Shown here: one piece after another, positions 9,779 to 19,665 of the stretch
Numbering within the stretch: the first letter of the stretch is position 1
How the letters are laid out: each line of letters opens with the position of its first letter
Source: Methanobacteriota archaeon
Lineage (GTDB): Archaea > Thermoplasmatota > Poseidoniia > Poseidoniales > Poseidoniaceae
Assembly: GCA_018659375.1 (NCBI GenBank)
Contig: JABJMO010000063.1
Coordinates: forward strand, 1,782-65,781
Direction of reading: 5' to 3'
Length of the DNA: 64,000 nucleotides
Made by a program: the position numbers and the translations under genes
Notes under the pieces: model-generated
Seen by the model: the letters and a program-made list of their open reading frames with translations, nothing else
Told to the model about the DNA's origin: nothing
Databases searched by the model: none

Positions 9779-12262
9779 ATGGCGGGCGGAACCAGATTGG
9801 TAGTTGCTTTGCTCGCCGGGGTATTTTTATTATCAATTATACCGCATTCCTACGGACAAGAATCTACTAATTCCAACTTGATTTTATTATTGGAAAGTGA
9901 CATTGAACAAACCTACATTGAAGGAGATAGGTTGACCTTAGATGTTCAATTATTCAACCCAACAGAAAAAGTTACCATTAGCAACAACCCTTCATGCGAA
10001 TTTATTTTTGCTATTATCAATTCATATGGCGATGAAGTTTATTCATCCGAAACAACTTGTAGAAACCAAATCCAAACTATTGTGATTGATGAAAATGAAA
10101 AATATGATTTAACTACTCAGTATTGGGATTTTACCGATGCACAAGACCAGATAATACCATCTGGAACCTACACAATAGATATCGCTCACAGCAAGGAACC
10201 AATTTACAATTCTCTGGTTTTTGAATTTTACAGTTCCGCAAATAATAATAATAATTTAGATTTAAAGGCTAAATTAGTCGACATAGATGATGATTCTTAC
10301 TTAGCTCAATTTACTATTTACAATCCAAGTACTGAGCCGATTATCACCGACAATATTGACTGTACTATTATCTTAGAAAACCAAATGCATCGGTTTATTT
10401 TCGATGACTGCTTCAATGGTGCTGCAATTTTACATCCATTCGAAAATATCTATTCTTCTAGCCAACTGATACCTAAAGGATGGATTAATGACAATAGTTC
10501 GCTAAAATATTCTATTCTTGGTGCTGATGAAAATTACCTTTTCCCATCAAATGAAACTTCTGATGGTAATCGAGAAGAAGTATTGCCAGCAACTGTTCAA
10601 AATACCCCATCCGTTACAAAAAACGAACTAGTACTAAGTCAAGTTGGTTCGACTATATCGCTCCAAGTTAATTTGGCTGAGCACACTAATGTTGGCTCAG
10701 AGTGTCATGCTGATGTAACCATCGTCAATGATTTGGGGGACTTGGTAAAAAGTTTGAACGTTGACTATTGTGAGATGATTAACAAAAGTACTGAAGGAAA
10801 TTCAAACATAATGAAGGAGTTATACCAATGGGAGTTAACTGACAGTTATGGCTGTTACATCGAACAAGGCAGATATACCATCATTGTAGGTATAGAGGAT
10901 TCGTATTATTCTGCAGATTATCAAAATTATGATGCCAACACTGCTATTTCTTGCTTATCAAATCACATCAATGTCGATTCAGAGAATTTTATTCTAGACG
11001 AGTCCATTTACAGCAGAATAACATTAAGTTCTGAAGATGGAATAATAAGACTATATTCAGACTGTATCATCAAGATTCAATATAACTCAAATGATGAGGC
11101 CTACGAAATTCCCTCATTCGAGATTTGTGGATATACCGCTGGGAATTACTTAACACCAAACGAGAATAGTTACTTGATTAGCCATAAAACACAAATTTCT
11201 GATTTGGCATATATGGAAAAAATTGATTTATCTTATAAAATTAGTTTAGAATTTACACAATACTATGAAGATTCTATATACACTTACTTTGGACAAACAT
11301 TGAAAGATGAAAAAGATTTAATTCGAATCAATGGTCAGTGGGATTTGGTTCAATTTAATGGCGATAGTTGTTGGATGATTAGTTCGCCAAATTCTGCCTT
11401 CATGCTAGGCGATCTTAATCAGGCTAGGGTTTGGACTCCGCACAAGGGCTGGAGCGGCGAATATTCTGCTTCACTAGCAGAAGATCAAAATAATGTTTGT
11501 GGATTATTTGGCTTACCAATAATAACCATAAACTCCGTTTACTCTGAAAGTGAGCTCATTGAGCAAGTGTTCTTATCTGAACAAGGACCTGATGAAGAAG
11601 AAACTGTAACAGTTACCGAAATAGCAGTTATTAGTGTTACAAGTTCGTCGATAGTCTTCGGTTTACTGGTAATTATATCTAATACTGAAAGTCTTAGAAT
11701 ACCAACAACTACTGCAGGCCTGTGGTTGTTAGGTTTGGTCGGCAAGACTCATGAAACCACTGATGGGCGTTTTCAACGTGGCCGTTTAATAGGTTACCTT
11801 ACAGCCAATCCTGGGTGTCATTTTAGAGCATTAATGGCAGCATTAAGTATGAGTAATGGACAAATTACCCATCATTTACGATTACTAGAAAATCAGGAGT
11901 TAATTTGGCGAGTCAATGATGGAAGGTTTGTCAGATATTATCCTTTGAATAACTCACTATATCCTGGTATGAATCCTGAAAATTTGCCCGTACCATTACT
12001 ATCACCGGACCCTAAAAGCTTACAGGGGAAGATTCTCACACTTCTTGATGATGAGCACCAGTACGGAGAGTTCCCTACCCAATCTGAACTGGCAAAAAAA
12101 TTAGCAAAGAGCCAGCAGTTAATCTCCCACCATCTAAGAACATTACAGAAATATGGCTTGGTTGAAAAACGAAAAATGGGCATCAAGAATAGATATAAGT
12201 TGACTAGAGAAGCAATCTTTTTGTTAGAAACTGACTTAGAATTTATCAAACTCAAAGAATAG
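9779..12262 (+). CDS. Membrane-anchored transcriptional regulator with large ectodomain and tandem C-terminal wHTH
   Basis: Signal peptide, about 580-aa beta-rich ectodomain, TM helix, then 'RGRLIGYLTANPGCHFRAL..NGQITHHLRLLE' and 'TQSELAKKLAKSQQLISHHLRTL' HTHs. Confidence 0.8.
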   Translation: MAGGTRLVVALLAGVFLLSIIPHSYGQESTNSNLILLLESDIEQTYIEGDRLTLDVQLFNPTEKVTISNNPSCEFIFAIINSYGDEVYSSETTCRNQIQTIVIDENEKYDLTTQYWDFTDAQDQIIPSGTYTIDIAHSKEPIYNSLVFEFYSSANNNNNLDLKAKLVDIDDDSYLAQFTIYNPSTEPIITDNIDCTIILENQMHRFIFDDCFNGAAILHPFENIYSSSQLIPKGWINDNSSLKYSILGADENYLFPSNETSDGNREEVLPATVQNTPSVTKNELVLSQVGSTISLQVNLAEHTNVGSECHADVTIVNDLGDLVKSLNVDYCEMINKSTEGNSNIMKELYQWELTDSYGCYIEQGRYTIIVGIEDSYYSADYQNYDANTAISCLSNHINVDSENFILDESIYSRITLSSEDGIIRLYSDCIIKIQYNSNDEAYEIPSFEICGYTAGNYLTPNENSYLISHKTQISDLAYMEKIDLSYKISLEFTQYYEDSIYTYFGQTLKDEKDLIRINGQWDLVQFNGDSCWMISSPNSAFMLGDLNQARVWTPHKGWSGEYSASLAEDQNNVCGLFGLPIITINSVYSESELIEQVFLSEQGPDEEETVTVTEIAVISVTSSSIVFGLLVIISNTESLRIPTTTAGLWLLGLVGKTHETTDGRFQRGRLIGYLTANPGCHFRALMAALSMSNGQITHHLRLLENQELIWRVNDGRFVRYYPLNNSLYPGMNPENLPVPLLSPDPKSLQGKILTLLDDEHQYGEFPTQSELAKKLAKSQQLISHHLRTLQKYGLVEKRKMGIKNRYKLTREAIFLLETDLEFIKLKE

Positions 12263-13136
12263 TTTCAGTCTTAAAAACGCCGGTGAAGTCAATTGACCAG
12301 TCAATATGACTCCACCCCTTTTCCTCGAGTGAAGAGATTATTTGTTCCCTTTCTGATAAATTATTAATCACAATGCCAACAACTCCACCACCACCTGCCC
12401 CCATGGCTTTCCATGTCGCAACCAAATTTTGTTTGGTAAACTCAGCAAGAACTTGTCGGAATGGTTGATGGAGTTCTTCTCCAAGCATATCAACTGCAAT
12501 CATTACTTGATTTATCGATGATATCACTGCTGCTTTTGATTCCTTGGAAATTGCTGATGCCATATCTAGGCCAGCTTGCCTAATCATGTCTAAAGCGCTA
12601 GATATCTCTTCATCCCCATTCTTATATCGTGCCCAAACCCTATCGTGCAACTCACCAGATACGTGAGTAATATGACTGTTAAACAACAAAATATGATTTT
12701 CAAGCCAACTACAAAATTCCGTTGATGGTGAAAGAGGGTTTACTTTGACTTCTTCATTTGCGAAGGTAAGATGGTTTATCCCCCCTAGTGCGCTAGCCCA
12801 TTGGTCTTGCCTACCACCTTTATTACCCATTAAAGCCTCAAACTGATAAGCAATTTCAGCAGCATCAAGAGAATCTTTTGAATTAGACATGATGGTTGAA
12901 ATTAATCCTACATTCATCGCACCACTTGTGCCCAGTCCCGAACCAGTTGGCATATCTGTTGAATATGACAATGATATTTTTCGCTCGTCATCAATAATCA
13001 TCTCACTTCTAACATACTGATTGATGGCGATGTTAACCACTTCTCCAGTTTTATTCTGGCAGTATACTGGGACATCTGTCCAACCTCCCGCCAAATCGAT
13101 TCTTGACGGCACCCGAACCTCAATTCTGCGACCCAT
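12252..13136 (-). CDS. GHMP sugar kinase (HddA/heptose-7-phosphate kinase-like)
   Basis: PSRIDLAGGWTD, PTGSGLGTSGA, GGRQDQ, GAGGGG. Confidence 0.85.
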   Translation of the reverse strand: MGRRIEVRVPSRIDLAGGWTDVPVYCQNKTGEVVNIAINQYVRSEMIIDDERKISLSYSTDMPTGSGLGTSGAMNVGLISTIMSNSKDSLDAAEIAYQFEALMGNKGGRQDQWASALGGINHLTFANEEVKVNPLSPSTEFCSWLENHILLFNSHITHVSGELHDRVWARYKNGDEEISSALDMIRQAGLDMASAISKESKAAVISSINQVMIAVDMLGEELHQPFRQVLAEFTKQNLVATWKAMGAGGGGVVGIVINNLSEREQIISSLEEKGWSHIDWSIDFTGVFKTETIL

Positions 13137-13224
13137 GACTAACCTAGGTCAAATTGGTTCTTCAATAGTGGGTTTGAAATGGCAACTTATGGTGGGAGTA
13201 ATATTCCGGAATGGAGGTGCCCCC

Positions 13225-16047
13225 TTGAATTACAGTATCCAAAGCGTCAATGAAGATTATTGGCAAATGCGCTGGGATGAAGAAAAGATTTTTCATTCAA
13301 AGATAAATCACGGAAAACCCTCCTTTTATTGTCTTGAAATGTACCCATATCCTTCTGGGAAAATGCATATGGGCCACGTTAGAAACTACTCGATTGGCGA
13401 TGCTGTTGCCCGATTCAAGAGGATGACAGGTCATGATGTATTGTATCCAATGGGGTTTGATTCATTTGGCATGCCAGCGGAAAACGCTGCAATCAAAGAA
13501 GGTGGGCATCCACATGACATTACCGAACGTAACATGGCTTCAATAACCAAGCAAATTAAAAGAATGGGATTTTCTTATGATTGGCGAAGAATGGTCAAGA
13601 GTCACGATCCAAATTATTACAAGTGGAATCAATGGTTTTTTACTAAATTCTTTGAAACTGGCTTAGCATTTCAAGAATTTGCTCCAGTTAACTGGTGTAA
13701 CACTTGTAACACGGTTCTAGCAAACGAACAAGTCAAGGCTGGAAGATGCTGGAGATGTAATGGACCGGTAAAGCAAAAGGAAATGAGTCAATGGTTTTTG
13801 GATATTCCAAAGTATGCACAGGAACTTGTTGACGGCTTAGATACCATCAATTTCCCAGAAAATGTTGCGGCAATGCAACGGGATTGGCTTGGCCGTTCTG
13901 AAGGTGCCGAGATAACCTTTGAAATCGAAGATTCCGACCAGACAATCACTGTTTTTACTACTAGGCCTGATACCTTGTTTGGAGTTACTTTTATCACTCT
14001 AGCACCTGAACATCCTCTAGCAGAACAATTAGTCCTCGGAACTGAATTTGAATCTGGTTGGAAAGCATTACATGATGAAGTATCAGTAATGACAGAGTTT
14101 GACAGAATCAAAAACATGAACAAAAAGAACGGTGTACCGCTTGGAAAGTATGCAATCCATCCGTTAACTGGCGAAAAAATTCCAATTTGGAGTGGAAACT
14201 TTGTCATCGCATCTTATGGAACAGGCGCAGTAATGGCTGTTCCGGCACACGATGAGAGAGATTTCGATTTCGCACAAAAATTTGCCATACCCATCAAACG
14301 TGCACTTGTGATGAGCGAGGGTGGCGACGAATCAGCCGAGCTAACAAAAGCGGAAACTGAATATGGTTGGATGGTAAATAGCGGCTCAACGAAATTTGAT
14401 GGTTTACACGGTCATGCTGCTGTAACCGCAGTAATTGACGAGTTGGTGAAGCATGGTAAGGGGGAGAGAAAACTAAATTGGAAAATCCGCCCTTGGTTAA
14501 TCTCAAGACAGAGGTATTGGGGCACTCCAATCCCAATAATTCACTGTGATGAGTGTGGTGCAGTTCCCGTACCTGAGGAAGATTTGCCGGTTGAGCTACC
14601 ACGAGACATTGTGTTTGGTAAAGGCAACCCTCTTGAGACATCAGCGGAATTTATGGAGGTAAAATGTCCAAAATGTGGCAAAGATGCGCGCAGGGAAACC
14701 GATACCATGGATACCTTTGTTGATTCCTCATGGTATTTCTTGAGGTATACGGACGCAACCAATAACGATGAATGTTTTTCTAAAGAAGCCGCAAACGATT
14801 GGATGAATGTTGACTTCTACTGTGGTGGTATTGAACACGCACAGATGCACCTAATCTACGCACGGTTTTGGACAAAGGCACTCAGAGATTTGGGACTTCA
14901 CTCTATCGATGAACCATTCAATGAATTACTCTGCCAAGGCATGGTAAACAAAGCAGCACCGTGGTGTGAATCCTGCGCAATCACCCTCAGCGTCGACCAT
15001 ATTAGCATGCCTTGCCCACAATGTGGCGATGCCTTATCGATGAGATCCGCTAAAATGAGTAAATCACTGGGGAATACCGTATCTCCCGAAGCTATGATTG
15101 AACAGTTTGGGGCAGATACTGTTAGACTGTTTATTCTATTTGCAGCCAATCCTACCGCAGGAATGGATTGGTCAGACACTGCATTGGAAGCCAATCATAG
15201 AGTAATGTTGCAATTACAATCCATTCCTGAAACAATATTAAATTGGGGTAATGAGAACTCTGCAATAGATGATTGGTTGACTGCTAGATTAAAGCAACGA
15301 GTTAGTGAATTTAATCAAGCAATGAAAACTTACGATTTACGTAGAGCTGTTGAAATTTCTCATTATGAGTTGATCAAAGATGTCAATTGGTATATTCGTC
15401 GTGGTGGCAATAATGTTGAGGTAGGAAAAAGCCTAATGGAAAGTTGGACTTATCTAATTTCAGTTTCGACCCCCCATTTAGCGGAAGAATGGGGCAAATG
15501 CCTAGAATTTAGTCAATTGGTTTCTGCGTCTGAAATGCCAAGTGTCAAAAATCTAGAATCTGATGAGCAACTCAACCTTGACAAGGAGTTTATCATGAGA
15601 GGGGTCCTTGAGAATGTGCGTAAAGTAAAATCAATTGCTGAACGGCATCTTGATGGAGCAGCCAAGGTTTTGACTTTGGTGACCGCCCCTGATTGGAAAC
15701 AGAAGTTGTCGGTAAATGCAATAAATTTCATTGCAGATGGTGGCAATGTCAGAAACTTCATTCAAGAAATTAAACAGATGAGTTTTGTTAATGAGCATAA
15801 CATGGGTGAAATCCTGCAATATTGGAACAAGAGGATGTTGTCTCAAGTATTCAAGTGGGATGATAAAGCGAAAGAATTAATCCTCCAAAATATCGATGAA
15901 ATAGAGGTGCTGAGTACAAGAGCAGAATTCTTTGCTAAAGAGTTAGGACTAGAAGAAATCAAAGTCATCAAGACAGAAGATTATGACCTTGCTGATGGGC
16001 GGGAAAAATCTGCTTTACCGCTAAGCCCAGGCATTATTTTTGCTTGA
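13225..16047 (+). CDS. leuS: Leucine--tRNA ligase
   Basis: YPYPSGKMHMGH (HIGH), editing-domain FTTRPDT and GTGAVMAVPAHD, KMSKS. Start moved to the TTG at 13225, behind a GGAGGTG RBS. Confidence 0.97.
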   Translation: MNYSIQSVNEDYWQMRWDEEKIFHSKINHGKPSFYCLEMYPYPSGKMHMGHVRNYSIGDAVARFKRMTGHDVLYPMGFDSFGMPAENAAIKEGGHPHDITERNMASITKQIKRMGFSYDWRRMVKSHDPNYYKWNQWFFTKFFETGLAFQEFAPVNWCNTCNTVLANEQVKAGRCWRCNGPVKQKEMSQWFLDIPKYAQELVDGLDTINFPENVAAMQRDWLGRSEGAEITFEIEDSDQTITVFTTRPDTLFGVTFITLAPEHPLAEQLVLGTEFESGWKALHDEVSVMTEFDRIKNMNKKNGVPLGKYAIHPLTGEKIPIWSGNFVIASYGTGAVMAVPAHDERDFDFAQKFAIPIKRALVMSEGGDESAELTKAETEYGWMVNSGSTKFDGLHGHAAVTAVIDELVKHGKGERKLNWKIRPWLISRQRYWGTPIPIIHCDECGAVPVPEEDLPVELPRDIVFGKGNPLETSAEFMEVKCPKCGKDARRETDTMDTFVDSSWYFLRYTDATNNDECFSKEAANDWMNVDFYCGGIEHAQMHLIYARFWTKALRDLGLHSIDEPFNELLCQGMVNKAAPWCESCAITLSVDHISMPCPQCGDALSMRSAKMSKSLGNTVSPEAMIEQFGADTVRLFILFAANPTAGMDWSDTALEANHRVMLQLQSIPETILNWGNENSAIDDWLTARLKQRVSEFNQAMKTYDLRRAVEISHYELIKDVNWYIRRGGNNVEVGKSLMESWTYLISVSTPHLAEEWGKCLEFSQLVSASEMPSVKNLESDEQLNLDKEFIMRGVLENVRKVKSIAERHLDGAAKVLTLVTAPDWKQKLSVNAINFIADGGNVRNFIQEIKQMSFVNEHNMGEILQYWNKRMLSQVFKWDDKAKELILQNIDEIEVLSTRAEFFAKELGLEEIKVIKTEDYDLADGREKSALPLSPGIIFA

Positions 16048-16057
16048 GGTAAATGTC

Positions 16058-16564
16058 ATGTCCCATCCTGACTTGATTCTAAGGAAGCAATTAATGATTG
16101 ACCAATCGCGTAATGTTAGTTTCAATTTGTTAAATTTGAATTGTTGGCCTTTGTGGAACAAAGTTGCCAACAGAATTTTATCTGAGCAGCAGGGCCTGTT
16201 ACAAGAAAATCAGCGTTTCGACCTCCACCGTATTATAGCGCAACAATTGGTTGAGGATTTGTGGCAAGTTTCACAAATTAAATCTTCAGAAGATCCATGC
16301 TTTGCTGAACTTCGCTTAACCTGGATTGGTCAAAAAATCAATGGCCGGACCTCTGCCCTAGCAATACAACGTTTGGTTGTCGAAATTACTGTATTAGAAA
16401 CTGACAATGGCGGGCTTGAAATCTCTGCCTGGTGGGACATTTCAAAGTTGGGCCGGTTACTACGATTTGGTAAACGTTCAGTCAAGGCAATTGTTTCCCA
16501 GTTGTTTGATGATTTAACAAGCCACGGGACTATTGAGTACCAACAAGTTTCTGAAAATGAATAG
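16058..16564 (+). CDS. Hypothetical protein
   Basis: ORF directly after leuS; GAGGT precedes the ATG at 16058; no recognisable motif. Confidence 0.55.
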   Translation: MSHPDLILRKQLMIDQSRNVSFNLLNLNCWPLWNKVANRILSEQQGLLQENQRFDLHRIIAQQLVEDLWQVSQIKSSEDPCFAELRLTWIGQKINGRTSALAIQRLVVEITVLETDNGGLEISAWWDISKLGRLLRFGKRSVKAIVSQLFDDLTSHGTIEYQQVSENE

Positions 16565-16619
16565 ATATAACCGGATGACAATGCGATAGTTCAAAGAATG
16601 TCGGCATTGACAGTGGTAT

Positions 16620-17654
16620 GTGACCTCGAGAAAACAACCTGAAAATTCTCGGTCACGCAATCGGCAAAATAACAAGCGATACGGAACTACCAGAAAATCT
16701 GTTTTGATGGAACGAAGTGCGGAATTTGTTGAGGATGCACAAAAAAAAGCCAATCAGCGGTTTGATTTGGCTGAAAAACCGCTGGGCATTCCCGAAGAAA
16801 TGGCGGAAGTAAAGAAATTTTCATTTGACTGGAAAAATAGCCCGGTTCCGTTAACAGATGAAGAATCGCTGTCAAAATTTGTGCTACGTAAGGGTGAATT
16901 TGGTTGGCTTGAAGATGACCGAGTTCAGGAGATCGCTGATTTTGTCGACAAAAAGAAAATGACTCTGGATCAAGCATTATCACTTAGATCTGCCCTGTTA
17001 CAACAGAAGACTGTTTATGGTCACGGCAGGTTAAAGTCTCGCGCAAAAGCGCTAAACAGGCTATATTCTGAAGGAGTTTCTGTTGTCGATTTATCTAAGC
17101 GTTTTGATTTCCCTCCAATGAATATATTCAGAATCGTATTAGCTGAAAAGCGTTGGTCTAAATCACGAATCAAGGAATGTCTAAGAGACCCTAGTAAAAT
17201 GAAAGAAAGAGAGAGGAACGAATTTGAGATGGCAGAAGCTGCTGATCGGGTATCAAATGTTGATCAATCTGAAACTCATACTAGGGCGGATCTGTTCGAA
17301 GAAATCCTATCAGATTGGTTTGAATCAAAAGGAGTAACAATCAGACGACAGCCTGAAATGGTATCTGAACAAAAACTTGAACATGGCAGGCCGATAAATA
17401 CTCCTGATATACTATTTCTAGACCATGTTGAGATTAATGGAAACCCAATTGCTTGGATTGATGCTAAACACTTCTATGGGGCAGATGTGGCATTTCAACG
17501 CAAGAAAATGTCGAAGCAAATGAACCGCTATATCGATGAATGGGGAAGTGGTGCTGTGGTATATCGTCACGGTTTTAGTGAGAATTTGTTTATTCCTGGC
17601 TGCACTATGCTTGATGCTGGAGTGCTGGATCTATCCAAACTAGGATCTGGCTAG
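16620..17654 (+). CDS. CDIN1/C15orf41-like (TPD domain) PD-(D/E)xK nuclease
   Basis: FEEIL..E..'TPDILFLDHVEINGNPIAWIDAKHFYG'..QMNRYIDEWGSGAVVYRHGF matches the TPD-domain pattern. Confidence 0.75.
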   Translation: MTSRKQPENSRSRNRQNNKRYGTTRKSVLMERSAEFVEDAQKKANQRFDLAEKPLGIPEEMAEVKKFSFDWKNSPVPLTDEESLSKFVLRKGEFGWLEDDRVQEIADFVDKKKMTLDQALSLRSALLQQKTVYGHGRLKSRAKALNRLYSEGVSVVDLSKRFDFPPMNIFRIVLAEKRWSKSRIKECLRDPSKMKERERNEFEMAEAADRVSNVDQSETHTRADLFEEILSDWFESKGVTIRRQPEMVSEQKLEHGRPINTPDILFLDHVEINGNPIAWIDAKHFYGADVAFQRKKMSKQMNRYIDEWGSGAVVYRHGFSENLFIPGCTMLDAGVLDLSKLGSG

Positions 17655-18625
17655 GATGAAATACTGGTTATTATTGATCCTAAGTTTAACTGAAGTAAAT
17701 TGTTGTTTAGATCATCAAGCTCTTGTTTAGTTATCTGTCTGCTTAGTTTTCTAGGCAATATGACCACAGAAACTCCTAGCATACATAGCCTAATACTGAG
17801 ATGAGCTTGTAATTCTAAATCTTTGACGATCTTGCGTACTAAATTTAGCAACTGCTTTCTTTCAATCTCATCAAGTAATTCTGATTCCCTAGAAAAAATA
17901 TTTGATTGTATTAAAATATCAGACCAACGAGAATGATTCCAAGGTCCTGTTTTGAGTTTGTTAAGGGCTCTATGGCCTGCTTGAGTAATTTTTAATTGCC
18001 AATCAGGATTATCGATATAACTCGAAGTATGCCTTGTTTCTTCAGGTTGCCAAACCACAATTACCGGTTGACGACACGGGAAACCTAAACTCCGACCTGA
18101 AGCACCTGGTGCACCTGGTTGCAAGCGCATTTCTACGCCACCTGCATAAATGCCCAAAACATCACCAAGGCCAGAGCCACGCAATCTCTCTATTCGATGA
18201 CAAATCCGATAATATTGATCAAGGTTACCTTCACCGGTTAATTCTCTAAATGCAGTAGCAAGAGCAATTAATCCTGCAGCAGACATTCCCATTCCCTGAC
18301 TTGTTGGCAATTGCAGAATAATTTCAATATCGAAAGTATAATTTTCATGCAGCAGTCTTGCATAAACCAATTCATCAATTAATTGACGATACTGTTGTTC
18401 AGAGTCGACTAACAGATCACCTTGATGGTCGGTGATGGTAACTGTTGAATCTGAGATTTGGCCGTCATTGGCTAGTTGTGTGACCTTTGCGATAACTCCG
18501 TGGTCGATATTCAATCCAACTCCCCTGCTACCTTGATTACGTAGTAGACGGCCCTCTTTTTCAATAGTGAAAAGCAGAGTAATGTGCCCCCCAATATGGG
18601 ATTGCGCCTCTGTGTCCATGCTCAT
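17651..18625 (-). CDS. Pantoate kinase (archaeal GHMP family)
   Basis: GHITLLF..GSRGVGL, PTSQGMGMSAA, GSGLGDV, RLQPGAPG; lies near the PPS gene. Confidence 0.85.
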   Translation of the reverse strand: MSMDTEAQSHIGGHITLLFTIEKEGRLLRNQGSRGVGLNIDHGVIAKVTQLANDGQISDSTVTITDHQGDLLVDSEQQYRQLIDELVYARLLHENYTFDIEIILQLPTSQGMGMSAAGLIALATAFRELTGEGNLDQYYRICHRIERLRGSGLGDVLGIYAGGVEMRLQPGAPGASGRSLGFPCRQPVIVVWQPEETRHTSSYIDNPDWQLKITQAGHRALNKLKTGPWNHSRWSDILIQSNIFSRESELLDEIERKQLLNLVRKIVKDLELQAHLSIRLCMLGVSVVILPRKLSRQITKQELDDLNNNLLQLNLGSIITSISS

Positions 18626-18726
18626 GCCAAGTAAACTATGGATTTGAATTGTCTTATGTTTCTATGATTATATTGCTAATTTAGTTTAGGGGTGAAATTC
18701 TATATTATGAGCCCATTGGATTAATC

Positions 18727-19665
18727 ATGGCGGAGGCTGGCATATTACCCCACGACCGCGGTCATTTACTATGGACTGCGGATGAAGGAGTTAGCAGATT
18801 GTTGCTCTCTAGCATGGACCGTTGGATTACTACGGTTTTAGCTGATGATTGTATTGATAGCCCGCTATTTGGCATGGGAGAAAAGACCACTGCGACAATT
18901 ATCGCCAAAGATGATGGTTTGGTGGCAGGAACTGCAATGGTTGACCATCTAATTCAGATTTGGGCTCCTTCAATTAACATTAATTGGCATGCATCTGATG
19001 GCAAAAAAGTGTCAATAGGCGATGATATTGCAACGGTTACTGGAGATCAAGAAAGTATACTAAAAATTGAGCGAAGTATCCTAAATATCCTAGGTCAGTT
19101 ATCCGGAATTGCCACAGAGACTAAAAAATGGTCTACTATTGCTGTCAAGCAGATTGCGTGCACTCGCAAGACGACTTGGGGGCTACTGGATAAATGGGCT
19201 GTTCACCTTGGTGGCGGCTTAACTCATCGACTAAATCGAGAAGATGCTTTAATGATTAAAGAAAATGATTTGGCTTCAATGGATGAAGTTTCGAACGATA
19301 ATAATGAGAGAATTGCTAAATTTATTCAAGAATTAGATTTAGAACAATTAAATTCTTTTTTGACAATTGAAGTTCGGACAGAAAAAGAAGCAATTACTGC
19401 CGCCGCTATATGGCAAAACACTCACGGAGAATCAGGCCATAAAGCGGTAATTATGTTAGATAATTTCGGACCTGAAAAATCTAAACAAGTAGTTAGACAA
19501 TTAGAAGAAATGGGGCTTAGAGACGCCGTTTATTTGGAAGCTAGTGGCAACATTACCCATGAAAAGTTGGAACTGTGGTTTGAATGTGGCATCGATGTTT
19601 TATCGACTAGTGCGATTAACCGTGGAGTAAAACCGTTGGATATGTCGATGATATTTGGTGATTAA
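18727..19665 (+). CDS. nadC: Quinolinate phosphoribosyltransferase
   Basis: ERSILNIL..LSGIAT, CTRKT, GGGLTHR, MIKEN, MLDNF, EASGNIT. Confidence 0.92.
   Translation: MAEAGILPHDRGHLLWTADEGVSRLLLSSMDRWITTVLADDCIDSPLFGMGEKTTATIIAKDDGLVAGTAMVDHLIQIWAPSININWHASDGKKVSIGDDIATVTGDQESILKIERSILNILGQLSGIATETKKWSTIAVKQIACTRKTTWGLLDKWAVHLGGGLTHRLNREDALMIKENDLASMDEVSNDNNERIAKFIQELDLEQLNSFLTIEVRTEKEAITAAAIWQNTHGESGHKAVIMLDNFGPEKSKQVVRQLEEMGLRDAVYLEASGNITHEKLELWFECGIDVLSTSAINRGVKPLDMSMIFGD

Noticed and set aside
13021..13224. N-terminal extension of LeuRS in the ORF track
   Set aside because: It overlaps the divergent GHMP kinase; the RBS supports the TTG at 13225.
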